From positions 13,505-77,504 of the forward strand of contig CALCIE010000082.1 of the NCBI GenBank assembly GCA_937907425.1: a stretch of DNA of 64,000 bases, written 5' to 3'. Position 1 is the stretch's first letter, and the number at the start of each line of letters is the position of its first letter. This DNA is from an uncultured Pseudomonadota bacterium (GTDB lineage: Bacteria; Pseudomonadota; Gammaproteobacteria; Burkholderiales; SG8-39). Both the position numbers and the translations under genes were made by a program. Below the pieces are notes generated by a model that worked only from the letters and a program-made list of their open reading frames with translations, was not told where the DNA came from and did not search any database. Shown in pieces: positions 30,027 to 41,249 of the stretch.

Positions 30027-31414
30027 CAGCAGGTGCGAGGCGCGTACCAACGGCAGGTGCCGGCAATCAGCCGGTCGGCCTCCGGCGGTCCCCAGGAGCC
30101 GCGCGGATAGATGTGGATGGGTGGCGGTTCGCGCAGCACGGGTTCGACGATGCGCCAGCACGCTTCCACGCTTTCGCGCACCGCGAACAGGGTATGGTCG
30201 CCTTTCATCGCATCACTGATGAGCCGCTCGTAGGCGTCGGGCTCGTCGCCTCGGGTGTTGAGCGCGAACAGCTCCACCGCCTCCCCACGCATGCGGTCGC
30301 CGGGCACCTTGACGCGCGCGCCCACGGCGATCGCGACCCGGTCCGGCCCCAGCCGGAAGCGGAAATAGTTGCCCAGCATGTTGCGCTCCGAATGTTCGCG
30401 GAACAACGCCGAGCGCGAGGGTTCCAGTTCGACGATGACTTCCGTTGCGGTTACCGGCAGTTCCTTGCCGGCGCGGATGTAGAAGGGCACGCCCGCCCAG
30501 CGCTGCGAGTCGATGAACATGCGCAGTGCGACATAGGTTTCGACCTGCGAATCCGGGGCCACGCCGCGCTCGTACCGGTAACCCTCGTACTGGCCGCGCA
30601 CCACGTCGCCCGGCTGCAGGGGCCGCGCCGCATGCAGCACCGCGGACTTGGCCGCCTGCAGGCTCTGCAGCGTGTCGTCTACGGGCGGTTCCATGGCGAG
30701 GATGGCCACCACCTGCAGCAAATGGTTCTGCACCACGTCGCGCAGGGCGCCCACTTCCTCGTAGAAGGCGCCGCGGCTGCCGATGCCCAGCCGTTCGGCC
30801 ATGGTGATCTGGATGCTGCGCACGTAGCCGCGCCGCCACACCGGCTCGAGGAAGCTGTTGGCGAAGCGGAAGTAGAGCAGGTTCTGCACCGGCTCCTTGC
30901 CGATGTAGTGGTCGATGCGGAATACCGCGTTCTCGTCGAAAACGTGTTCGAGGGTGCTGCTGAGCGCCTGCGACGATTGCAGGTCGCGGCCGAAGGGTTT
31001 TTCGACGATCACCCGGGCTTCGCGCACGGGACAGCTCCCGCCCAGGCTTTCCACCACGACGCCGAACATCGCTGGCGGAATGGCGAGGTAGTACAAGGGA
31101 TGGCGGCAGCCTTCCAGCGCGGCGCGCAGGGTGTGATAGGTCGTCACATCGCGATAGTCGCCGCCGACGTAGCGCAGTTGGGACAGCAGTTGTTCGGCGG
31201 CCGATTGGTCGAGCTCGCCGCGGGCGGCGAGCGCGCGCTGCACGTGGTCGCGGAACGCGTCCTCGCTCAGTTCCTCGCGCGCCACACCGATCACCGGACA
31301 CTTGAGCCTGCCGCGGCGCACGAGCGCCACCAGCGCGGGGAAGATTTTCTTCGCGGCAAGATCACCCGTCGCGCCGAACAGTACCAGGGCGTCGGAGTGA
31401 TGGTTCTGAGTCAT
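30026..31414 (-). CDS. zwf: glucose-6-phosphate dehydrogenase
   Basis: LVLFGATGDLAAKKIFPAL NADP motif, RIDHYIGKE active-site motif. ATG 31414 (MTQNHH). Confidence 0.9.
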   Translation of the reverse strand: MTQNHHSDALVLFGATGDLAAKKIFPALVALVRRGRLKCPVIGVAREELSEDAFRDHVQRALAARGELDQSAAEQLLSQLRYVGGDYRDVTTYHTLRAALEGCRHPLYYLAIPPAMFGVVVESLGGSCPVREARVIVEKPFGRDLQSSQALSSTLEHVFDENAVFRIDHYIGKEPVQNLLYFRFANSFLEPVWRRGYVRSIQITMAERLGIGSRGAFYEEVGALRDVVQNHLLQVVAILAMEPPVDDTLQSLQAAKSAVLHAARPLQPGDVVRGQYEGYRYERGVAPDSQVETYVALRMFIDSQRWAGVPFYIRAGKELPVTATEVIVELEPSRSALFREHSERNMLGNYFRFRLGPDRVAIAVGARVKVPGDRMRGEAVELFALNTRGDEPDAYERLISDAMKGDHTLFAVRESVEACWRIVEPVLREPPPIHIYPRGSWGPPEADRLIAGTCRWYAPRTC

Positions 31415-31625
31415 GCGCTGAAAGCTCCTCGAAATCTGATGAAGGGCGGCGACGGCGGGGCATGAAAGGGATACAACCCTCATGCCGGCCGGTGCGCCGT
31501 CCTAGGCAACGGTTTAGACCTTTCCGTCCAGATCGATCAGCAAAAGTTCCACCTCCAGTGCCGGATACGACTCGTCGGACACTGCTCGTCCTTCATCGGA
31601 ACCTTTTCGCGGATGCTTCTCCGGG

Positions 31626-32090
31626 TCAAAGGTATCTGCGTACCCTCGCGCGGTAAGCCTCGTAGGCCTCGCCGAAACGCGCGGCGAGATAGCGTTCCTC
31701 GCGCAGGATGACGCCGTAGTGCATGACCAGCGCCAGCGGCACGAAGACCACCAGCCCCCATAGCGTGTTCAAGGCGCAGGCCAGGCCGAGGAACACGAGG
31801 TGCAATCCGACGTAGAGCGGATTGCGCGTGTAGCGGAAAGGGCCATCGCTTACCAGCACCGTGGCGGGGCGGTTGGGCGGAATGTTGGTGCCGGCGCGGT
31901 GCATGGTCCAACTGCCCCAGCCCAGCAGCGTTGCGCCCGCCGCGATCGACGCCACGCCCAGCCAGAGGAGCGCGGGATGTGCGCCAAGCGGCCATGGTCG
32001 CAGCCACTGCAACAGCAGGGAGAGCAGGAAAGCCCCAAGGTACAGCAAGGGCGGCAGTGCGACGACGTCGGGAGTGTCCGTGCGCTTCAT
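31626..32090 (-). CDS. ICMT/PEMT-family membrane methyltransferase
   Basis: 4-5 TM; GPFRYTRNPLYVG and REERYLAARFGEAYEAYRARVRRY motifs typical of isoprenylcysteine carboxyl / phospholipid methyltransferase family. ATG overlaps patatin stop (ATGA). Confidence 0.75.
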   Translation of the reverse strand: MKRTDTPDVVALPPLLYLGAFLLSLLLQWLRPWPLGAHPALLWLGVASIAAGATLLGWGSWTMHRAGTNIPPNRPATVLVSDGPFRYTRNPLYVGLHLVFLGLACALNTLWGLVVFVPLALVMHYGVILREERYLAARFGEAYEAYRARVRRYL

Positions 32091-33010
32091 CCGTTCGGTA
32101 AGCCGAGCAGATCGAGGCTGTGGAGGCTGACGCTCACCGCGCGGCGGCCTTCTTCGATGGCCTCCTCGGCGCGATGGAAATCGAGCAGACCCAGGTGGCC
32201 CAGCCGCGGCGCGATGATCAGTTCCGGCGGTTCGCCCGCCATGCGGCTGCGCGTGATGCGTACCTGCATGATGTTGATGCTCGCCGTCACGACGTCGAGC
32301 AGCGAGGGCAGCACCGGTTCGTTGACGGCCGGCGTCTCCGGTTCCGCAGGGGCGAAGCGCTCCTGCAGTTTGCGCAGCCATTCGCCCACCAGGCTGGAAG
32401 GCTCGGCCTCGGGTTCCGGTTCGGGCGTCTCGTTGCGTACCCGGTGGGAAAGCAGGTCCGAACTGAGGTCCACGGCGATGACGATCTCGGCGCCCATCGC
32501 CCGCGCAAGCGATACCGGCACCGGATTCACCAGGCCGCCGTCGACCAGGATCAGGCCGTCGTGGCGGACCGGACTGAACAGGCCGGGCAGGGCGATGGAG
32601 GCGCGCACCGCTTCGATCACGGAACCGCTGCGCAGCCACACTTCCATGCCCGTTTGCAGCGCGGTTGCGACCGCGCCGTAGGGCACGGCGAGCTCTTCGA
32701 TCCGGCGGCCGATGAAGTGCTCGCGGAAATAGGCCATCAGGCGCTCGCCCTTGAGCATGCCGCCGTTCAGGCCCAGATCCATGAAGGACACGACGTCGCG
32801 GAAGCGCAGCCTGCGTACCCACGCCTCGAAGCGTTCCAGTTCCCCGGCGGCGTAGACCGCGCCGACCAGGGCACCGATCGAAGTGCCGCAGACGATGTCC
32901 GGACGCACGCCGGCTTCGAGCAGCGCCTGGATGACGCCGATGTGCGACCAGCCGCGCGCGGCACCGCCGCCGAGCGCGAGGCCGATGCGGGGTTTGCGTC
33001 GCGCGTTCAC
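32087..33010 (-). CDS. patatin-like phospholipase (RssA/YchK-like)
   Basis: GGGAARG oxyanion motif, GTSIG nucleophile elbow, VDGG catalytic Asp. GTG start at 33010 after GGGGGA. ORF upstream of that looks non-coding. Confidence 0.8.
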   Translation of the reverse strand: MNARRKPRIGLALGGGAARGWSHIGVIQALLEAGVRPDIVCGTSIGALVGAVYAAGELERFEAWVRRLRFRDVVSFMDLGLNGGMLKGERLMAYFREHFIGRRIEELAVPYGAVATALQTGMEVWLRSGSVIEAVRASIALPGLFSPVRHDGLILVDGGLVNPVPVSLARAMGAEIVIAVDLSSDLLSHRVRNETPEPEPEAEPSSLVGEWLRKLQERFAPAEPETPAVNEPVLPSLLDVVTASINIMQVRITRSRMAGEPPELIIAPRLGHLGLLDFHRAEEAIEEGRRAVSVSLHSLDLLGLPNG

Positions 33011-33096
33011 GGCCGTCCCCCGAAGCGAATCATTGTTGTTGCTCTCCTTCGTTGCCAGGGAGCATAAGCGCTTGCACGGGTGGCGAGCAAGGAAGC

Positions 33097-33537
33097 TCAG
33101 CGCCGGTGCGCGGCAACCTCCCATTCGGCGACGTCGCCGGGCACCACGCGGAACAGCGGATGCGGTGCGGGCAAGGAAACGCGCGGCAATTGGCGCAGCC
33201 AATGGGGCGAGCGCAGGGCGAGGCGTTCGCGCAATCGCATCCATTCCCATTCGAGCTGTCCGGCGCTGACCGGGAGCGGCGGGCAGGTTTCGCATTCGCC
33301 GATCTTCGACGCGTCGAAGCCATAGCCCCGCGCCGAGGCTTCGGCGTGTACGGCAACGAGATACGCGGCGATGTATCGTCCGGGCGACGGGCTCGACCGG
33401 AAACGCAGCAGTTGCGGATGACGGGTGTAGCCGCGCGTGCGGCCGCCGAGCACCGCCTGCGCCAGCAGGGCTTCGCGCCACAGCGCGACGAGTCCCCGGG
33501 CGTCCAGATACCTGGGATGCAGCGACCAGAGCCGCAC
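33097..33537 (-). CDS. pyrimidine dimer DNA glycosylase / endonuclease V family protein
   Basis: (M)RLWSLHPRYLDARGLVALWREALLAQAVLGGRTRGYTRHPQLLRF and C-terminal HPLFRVVPGDVAEWE match the DenV-like (Pyr_excise) family as I remember it. GTG 33537 gives the family-typical N-terminus; TTG 33573 is an alternative. Confidence 0.65.
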   Translation of the reverse strand: MRLWSLHPRYLDARGLVALWREALLAQAVLGGRTRGYTRHPQLLRFRSSPSPGRYIAAYLVAVHAEASARGYGFDASKIGECETCPPLPVSAGQLEWEWMRLRERLALRSPHWLRQLPRVSLPAPHPLFRVVPGDVAEWEVAAHRR

Positions 33538-33637
33538 GACTTCCGCCGGTCGGACGAAGACGCGAGAGAGCAAGCACGTTGTGCGCCGGTTCGGCGCTCA
33601 TTCCGCCGGCCGCGCCGTACGGCAGGATCGTCAGCGC

Positions 33638-33909
33638 TCAGATGTAATGGACGCTGCACGTGGCCTTGAAGCGTTGATAGCACTCGTGGCAGACCAGCTT
33701 GACGTTCAGATGCGCCTCGTTGGCTTCGTTCCATTCGCCCTCGCGCAGGTAATGCGCATGGCATTCGCCGCACCGGGCGTCCGGCCAGGGATTGTCCGGG
33801 TCGGGTTCGGCGGAACCCAGTCGACGCCCGACGCGCCGGTCAGATGCTCGCAGACGAAGGCTGCGCAGGCTTCGCCGTGGGTATGACAATGGACGGGTGC
33901 CCGATTCAT
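33638..33909 (-). pseudogene. Cys/His-rich hypothetical protein split by an apparent 1-nt frameshift
   Basis: Frame A (from ATG 33909): MNRAPVHCHTHGEACAAFVCEHLTGASGVDW... Frame B (to stop 33638): ...AEPDPDNPWPDARCGECHAHYLREGEWNEANEAHLNVKLVCHECYQRFK. Frames switch around 33800-33830. Confidence 0.5.
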
Positions 33910-33965
33910 CGGATTCCGAGGCTCGTTGAACCGGGCCGGATGGTAGAGTCTTATGCGGGAGTCCC

Positions 33966-35768
33966 GTGCGGCAAAGTACGCCGCGGCGGCCCATTCCTTG
34001 CATGGCAGCCGGCTCCGGATCCCATCGATTCCCCTTCAAGGCGCAGGTGTCCCAGGGCGATCTCTACGCGGCGGCGTTGGCCTGTCTCGCGCTCGGCGCG
34101 GCCGGCGGTTACTGGTTCGCGGCGCGGCGCGCTGGCACGCGGGCGGCGGACGAACGGCGCATGCGGGATATCGAGCTCGAACGCTTCGCGGAGCAGCTTG
34201 CCGCGGCCTATGCGGCCTCGCCGGTGGCCATCTTCCTGACCGCGGAAGACGGACGCATCACGGAGGCGAACGACACCGCCGTGGCGATGACCGGCTATTC
34301 CCGCGCCGAGCTGCTCGCCCGGTCGATCCAGCAGCTCGGCTTCTGGCGGGGACAGCCGGAAAGCTACGAGCAACTGGTCGTGCGCCTGCTCAAAGGGCGC
34401 GTCCTGCATCGCTTGGCCGCTTTCGAACGCCGGGACGGCGCGCGGCGCGATGCCGAGCTCTCCATCACCCTGATCAACCGCGACGACGGCCGCTACCTGT
34501 TGTACATGGTGGAGGATGTGACCGAGCAGCGGCGCCAGTCCGCCGCGTTGCGCGAGAGCGAAGAGCGCTTCGCGAAGATGTTCGAAATCTCGCCCAATCC
34601 CATCGCGCTCATCGCCGAGGACGGACGCATCGTCGAAGCGAATCCCGCGTTCCTGGAGGCCTCGCAATACGGCATGGAGGAATTGCGCGGACGCACCACC
34701 GAAGAGATCTCGATGTGGGCCGACACCGGCAGCGCCGAGCGCTTCAGGCGCGACGTCGCGCAGCAACGCGATGCGCAGAACGTCGAGACGGTCCTGCGCC
34801 GCAAGAACGGCGAACTCGCGCATTGTCAGATCTCGTGGTCCGGTTTCGAGTCCTCCGGCAGACGCTACACGCTGTTGATCGTCACCGACATCACCGAGCT
34901 CAAGCGGCGCTCGGCGGAAGTCGACCGGCTCAACGCATCGCTCGAAAAAATGGTGCAGGCGCGTACCGCGCAACTACAAATGGCCAACCGCGAGCTCGAA
35001 GCGTTCAGCTATTCGGTGTCGCACGATCTGCGCGCGCCCCTGCGTCACATCTCGGGCTTCGCCTCGCTGCTCGGCGAACGGCCTTCGGTGCAGGAGGACG
35101 CCGAGGCGCAGCGTCTCATCGGCGTGGTCACCCGGGCTGCGGGACGGATGGCCGCATTGATCGACGACCTGCTCGCGTTCTCCCGGGTCTCGCGGCTGCA
35201 GATGGAAACGCAGGACGTGCCGCTCGGCGAACTGGTGCGGGACATCGTGCAGGAGTTCAATCTGGCGTCGCCCGACCGCCAGGTACGCTGGATCGTGCAC
35301 GAGCTGCCTGTCGTGCACGGCGACCGTCAGTTGCTGCGCGCCGTGCTGGTCAATCTGCTCGACAACGCGCTCAAGTACACGCGGCCGCGCGCCACGGCGG
35401 TGATCGAAGTCGGCAGCGGCGAAGCGGGCGACATGGTGGCCGTCTACGTTCGCGACAACGGCGTCGGTTTCGACATGCAGTACGCCGAGAAGCTGTTCGG
35501 CGTGTTCCAGCGCCTGCACAGCCAGGAGGAATTCGAAGGCACCGGCGTCGGGCTGGCCAACGTGCAGCGCATCGTGGAACGTCACGGCGGCCGCGTCTGG
35601 GCGCAAGGCGAACCGGGAAAGGGCGCGACGTTCTGGTTCACGTTGCCGCGTGCGCAAGCCGCGCAGTCCCGCGTCTCCGCGGCCGCGCGCAACGTGCCGG
35701 AAAAGCCGGTGTTGCAAATGCAGGAATCGATGGCACCCTCCGATCCGGAGGGGCGTTACAAATTGTGA
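33966..35768 (+). CDS. membrane-anchored PAS-PAS sensor histidine kinase (no adjacent response regulator)
   Basis: One TM (LYAAALACLALGAAGGYWFAA), two PAS-like segments, H-box FSYSVSHDLRAPLRHI, N/G1/G2 boxes (LLDNALKYT, DNGVGF, GTGVGLA). GTG 33966 after GGGAG; ATG 34002 is an alternative. Confidence 0.8.
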   Translation: MRQSTPRRPIPCMAAGSGSHRFPFKAQVSQGDLYAAALACLALGAAGGYWFAARRAGTRAADERRMRDIELERFAEQLAAAYAASPVAIFLTAEDGRITEANDTAVAMTGYSRAELLARSIQQLGFWRGQPESYEQLVVRLLKGRVLHRLAAFERRDGARRDAELSITLINRDDGRYLLYMVEDVTEQRRQSAALRESEERFAKMFEISPNPIALIAEDGRIVEANPAFLEASQYGMEELRGRTTEEISMWADTGSAERFRRDVAQQRDAQNVETVLRRKNGELAHCQISWSGFESSGRRYTLLIVTDITELKRRSAEVDRLNASLEKMVQARTAQLQMANRELEAFSYSVSHDLRAPLRHISGFASLLGERPSVQEDAEAQRLIGVVTRAAGRMAALIDDLLAFSRVSRLQMETQDVPLGELVRDIVQEFNLASPDRQVRWIVHELPVVHGDRQLLRAVLVNLLDNALKYTRPRATAVIEVGSGEAGDMVAVYVRDNGVGFDMQYAEKLFGVFQRLHSQEEFEGTGVGLANVQRIVERHGGRVWAQGEPGKGATFWFTLPRAQAAQSRVSAAARNVPEKPVLQMQESMAPSDPEGRYKL

Positions 35769-35774
35769 AACGCG

Positions 35775-35804
35775 TTGACGCTTTTCAAAGCCGGGCAGTA
35801 TAAG
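35775..35804 (+). promoter_or_regulatory. candidate sigma70 promoter of the cold-shock gene (TTGACG-18 bp-TATAAG)
   Basis: -35 at 35775-35780, -10 at 35799-35804. Predicts an approximately 150-nt 5' UTR. Confidence 0.5.
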
Positions 35805-35964
35805 GGCCGCGTGCAAACTCAAGCGGCGCATCGCCGGTCCGTAGACGCCGCGTACTGCGGCACCGATGGTCGTGGTGTGGGACGCGTTGTAGTTCGCGCA
35901 GGCAGGGCGGCAGCCCATTAGGTAAATCAGTACGGCAGTCCATCAGTTCACAGGAGCGGTAAGC

Positions 35965-36171
35965 ATGGCATCCGGTACCGTCAAGTGGTTCAACGACCAG
36001 AAGGGCTACGGATTCATTACGCCGGACGGCGGCGGCGAAGATCTTTTTGCCCACTTTTCCGCAATCGTGGGGAAGGGGTTCAAAAGCCTGAAGGAAAACC
36101 AGCGCGTCGACTTCGACGTGACCGTCGGGCCGAAAGGCAAGCAGGCATCCAACATCCGCCCGGTCGAGTAA
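35965..36171 (+). CDS. cold-shock protein (CspA family)
   Basis: [31 protein letters not shown] with RNP1/RNP2 motifs, 68 aa. Confidence 0.95.
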   Translation: MASGTVKWFNDQKGYGFITPDGGGEDLFAHFSAIVGKGFKSLKENQRVDFDVTVGPKGKQASNIRPVE

Positions 36172-36190
36172 ACGGCAAGCGTCCGATCGA

Positions 36191-36224
36191 AAAGGCCGCC
36201 GCAGTGTTGCGACGGCCTTTTTTG
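36191..36224 (+). terminator. rho-independent terminator after csp
   Basis: Stem AAAGGCCG (36191-36198) / CGGCCTTT (36213-36220) followed by T-run to 36223. Confidence 0.8.
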
Positions 36225-36334
36225 TAAGTCGATACGGTTTGCCGCGCTCCGGGGCAGGCGCGAGGGGCTGCGGGTTGTCGGGACGGGGACACGCGTCGTT
36301 CAAACGCTTGCGCATCCTCATCCCGATAGCGAAC

Positions 36335-39037
<2,703 letters not shown>

Positions 39038-39132
39038 GGCTTGAGCAGGGATCAGAGGACAGAGCAAAGAGGACAGAAGCCGCAAGTCTTGCGCGGGCGG
39101 AAGACGCGCCGTCTTCCGCCCGTATGCCGCCT

Positions 39133-40119
39133 TCAGCCGAGCAGATGCTGGATGGCGTCACGCTCCTCGAGCAGTTCCTTGAGCGTGGCGTCCAGCTTCT
39201 GGCGGCTGAACTCGTCGTCGATGTCCAGCCCGCGCACGATCTCGTACTTGCCGTCGGCGCAGACCACCGGCATGCCGAAGACGATGCCCTCCGGTACGCC
39301 GTAGGAGCCGTCGCTCGGAATCCCCATCGTCACCCATTCGCCGTTGCTGCCGAGCGCCCAGTCGCGCATGTGGTCGATGGCGGCGTTGGCGGCGCTGGCG
39401 GCGGAAGACAGCCCCCGCGCCTCGATGATCGCGGCGCCGCGTTTGGCCACGGTCGGGATGAAGGTGTCGCGGTACCAGGTCTCGTCGTTCACCACGGCCT
39501 TAGCCGGCTGGCCGGCGATGGTGGCGAAGCGGTAGTCGGGGTACATGGTCGGGGAGTGGTTGCCCCACACGATCATTTTCTTGATCGAGTCCACGGGCTT
39601 GCCCGTCTTGGTCGCCAGTTGCGACAGCGCGCGGTTGTGATCCAGGCGCAGCATGGCGCTGAAGCAGGTGGGGGAGAGATCGGGCGCGCTCTTCATGGCG
39701 ATGTAGGCGTTGGTGTTGGCCGGGTTGCCCACCACCAGCACTTTGACGTTGCGGCTCGCCACCTCATTCAGGGCCCGGCCCTGGACGGTGAAGATCTGGG
39801 CGTTGGCCTCCAGCAGGTCGGAACGCTCCATGCCCTTGGAACGGGGTTTGGCGCCGACCAGCAGGGCGTAGTCGGCATCCTTGAACGCGACCTTGGGATC
39901 GTCGGTCTGGACCACCCCCGCGAGCAGCGGGAAGGCGCAGTCCTCCAGTTCCATCACGACGCCTTTGAGCGCACCGAGCGCGGGCGTGACTTCGAGCAAT
40001 TGCAGGATGACGGGCTGGTCCTTGCCCAGCATTTCGCCGCTGGCGATGCGGAACAGCAGGCTGTAGCCGATCTGGCCGGCGGCGCCCGTGACGGCAACTC
40101 GTACAGGAGGCTTTGCCAT
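39133..40119 (-). CDS. mdh: malate dehydrogenase (LDH-like type 2)
   Basis: [43 protein letters not shown], 328 aa. Confidence 0.9.
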   Translation of the reverse strand: MAKPPVRVAVTGAAGQIGYSLLFRIASGEMLGKDQPVILQLLEVTPALGALKGVVMELEDCAFPLLAGVVQTDDPKVAFKDADYALLVGAKPRSKGMERSDLLEANAQIFTVQGRALNEVASRNVKVLVVGNPANTNAYIAMKSAPDLSPTCFSAMLRLDHNRALSQLATKTGKPVDSIKKMIVWGNHSPTMYPDYRFATIAGQPAKAVVNDETWYRDTFIPTVAKRGAAIIEARGLSSAASAANAAIDHMRDWALGSNGEWVTMGIPSDGSYGVPEGIVFGMPVVCADGKYEIVRGLDIDDEFSRQKLDATLKELLEERDAIQHLLG

Positions 40120-40324
40120 GAGTGAAACTCCCAAGAAATCGAATCTTTGTTAGTGATGCACGCTAAAAACGGTCGCGCAAGGGACGGGTCGAGGGCCCGC
40201 GTTGAACGGCGGGCGAGGCTGCCGGGCAGTGTAGGCGTGCGCGTGCACAGCGTCAACGCGCGCCCGGGCCCAAGGCCGACCGTTTGCATGCCTGCCCGGC
40301 ATTTGGTGTGAACCGGAATGGCCT

Positions 40325-40333
40325 TGATATAAT
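40325..40333 (+). promoter_or_regulatory. candidate extended -10 promoter (TGATATAAT) for sdhCDAB
   Basis: Exact TGnTATAAT at 40325-40333 in the 390-bp mdh-sdhC intergenic region. Implies an approximately 170-nt leader. Confidence 0.45.
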
Positions 40334-40509
40334 CCGCCAAGTCCAGCAATGCGGGAGGAGGCATCGCGGGATTGGGCACACCTGAGCGCAACCGTAAGGC
40401 AGCGCCGCAAGCTTGCCGCTGCGTCGGCCGGGCGGTCCGGCGGGATCGGACGCCATGAGGAGCGGGCAGCGCTGCCTGGACGCTATCGAACAAGGGGGGT
40501 CATCCTTAG

Positions 40510-40905
40510 ATGCCTGAAGCTGCGGTGAAAAACAAGCGACGCCCGCTCTGGTACAACCTCAGTCTCTTCAACCTTCCGGTTCCCGGCTTGGTATCGATCA
40601 TGCACCGCATCAGCGGTGCGGCGCTGTTCCTGTCGCTGCCCTGGCTGCTCTACCTGTTCGATGCCAGCCTGGACAGTCCTGAACGCTACGCGCAGGCGCA
40701 GCAGCAACTTTCCCACCCGCTTGCGAAGCTCGTCCTTTTCGGGCTGATCTGGGGATACGCCCACCATTTCTCGGCCGGCATCCGCCACCTGCTGCTGGAC
40801 GTGCACGTCGGCATCGATCTGCATTCGGCGCGCGGCTCCGCCCGCGCGGTCCTGGGCGTCGGCGTGGCGCTCGCCCTGCTTTTCGGATGGGTATTGCTAT
40901 GGTGA
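40510..40905 (+). CDS. sdhC: succinate dehydrogenase cytochrome b556 subunit
   Basis: 3-TM protein, SIMHRISG heme-ligand motif, first gene of the sdh operon. Confidence 0.85.
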   Translation: MPEAAVKNKRRPLWYNLSLFNLPVPGLVSIMHRISGAALFLSLPWLLYLFDASLDSPERYAQAQQQLSHPLAKLVLFGLIWGYAHHFSAGIRHLLLDVHVGIDLHSARGSARAVLGVGVALALLFGWVLLW

Positions 40906-41249
40906 TGCGGCGGCTGGTCGGCGCGCATTACGGCACCAGCCAGTGGCTGCGCCAGCGCCTGAGCGCACTCATCATGGCCGTTTACACGGTCCTGGCCGTG
41001 GCCGTGCTGCTCGTCGCGCGGCCCTCGACCCACGAGGACTGGAAAGCCCTGTTCGAACCCGGCTGGGTGCGGGTCATCACCCTGCTGTTCTTCATCAGTC
41101 TTTGCTATCACGCCTGGGTGGGCATGCGTGACATTCTCATGGACTACGTCAAGCCGACCGGGCTGCGGCTGCTCCTGTACACGGCGGTGATCGTCTCCCT
41201 GGCCGGCTACGCCGTCTGGGCGGTGGAGATCATGTGGAGGCTCTCTTGA
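40887..41249 (+). CDS. sdhD: succinate dehydrogenase hydrophobic membrane anchor subunit
   Basis: 3-TM protein, [16 protein letters not shown] motif. Start ambiguous (ATG 40887, 40899 or 40905). Confidence 0.8.
   Translation: MGIAMVMRRLVGAHYGTSQWLRQRLSALIMAVYTVLAVAVLLVARPSTHEDWKALFEPGWVRVITLLFFISLCYHAWVGMRDILMDYVKPTGLRLLLYTAVIVSLAGYAVWAVEIMWRLS

Noticed and set aside
33638-34039. 133-aa ORF taken at face value as an intact gene
   Set aside because: Its N-terminal about 75 residues are low-quality sequence overlapping the kinase start region. The credible N-terminus (MNRAPVHCHTHGEAC...) is in another frame, so it is reported as a frameshifted gene instead.
40150-40493. Several 60-180-aa minus-strand ORFs in the mdh-sdhC intergenic region
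   Set aside because: They mutually overlap in different frames, have no SD sequences or motifs, and sit in a region better explained as divergent promoter and leader.
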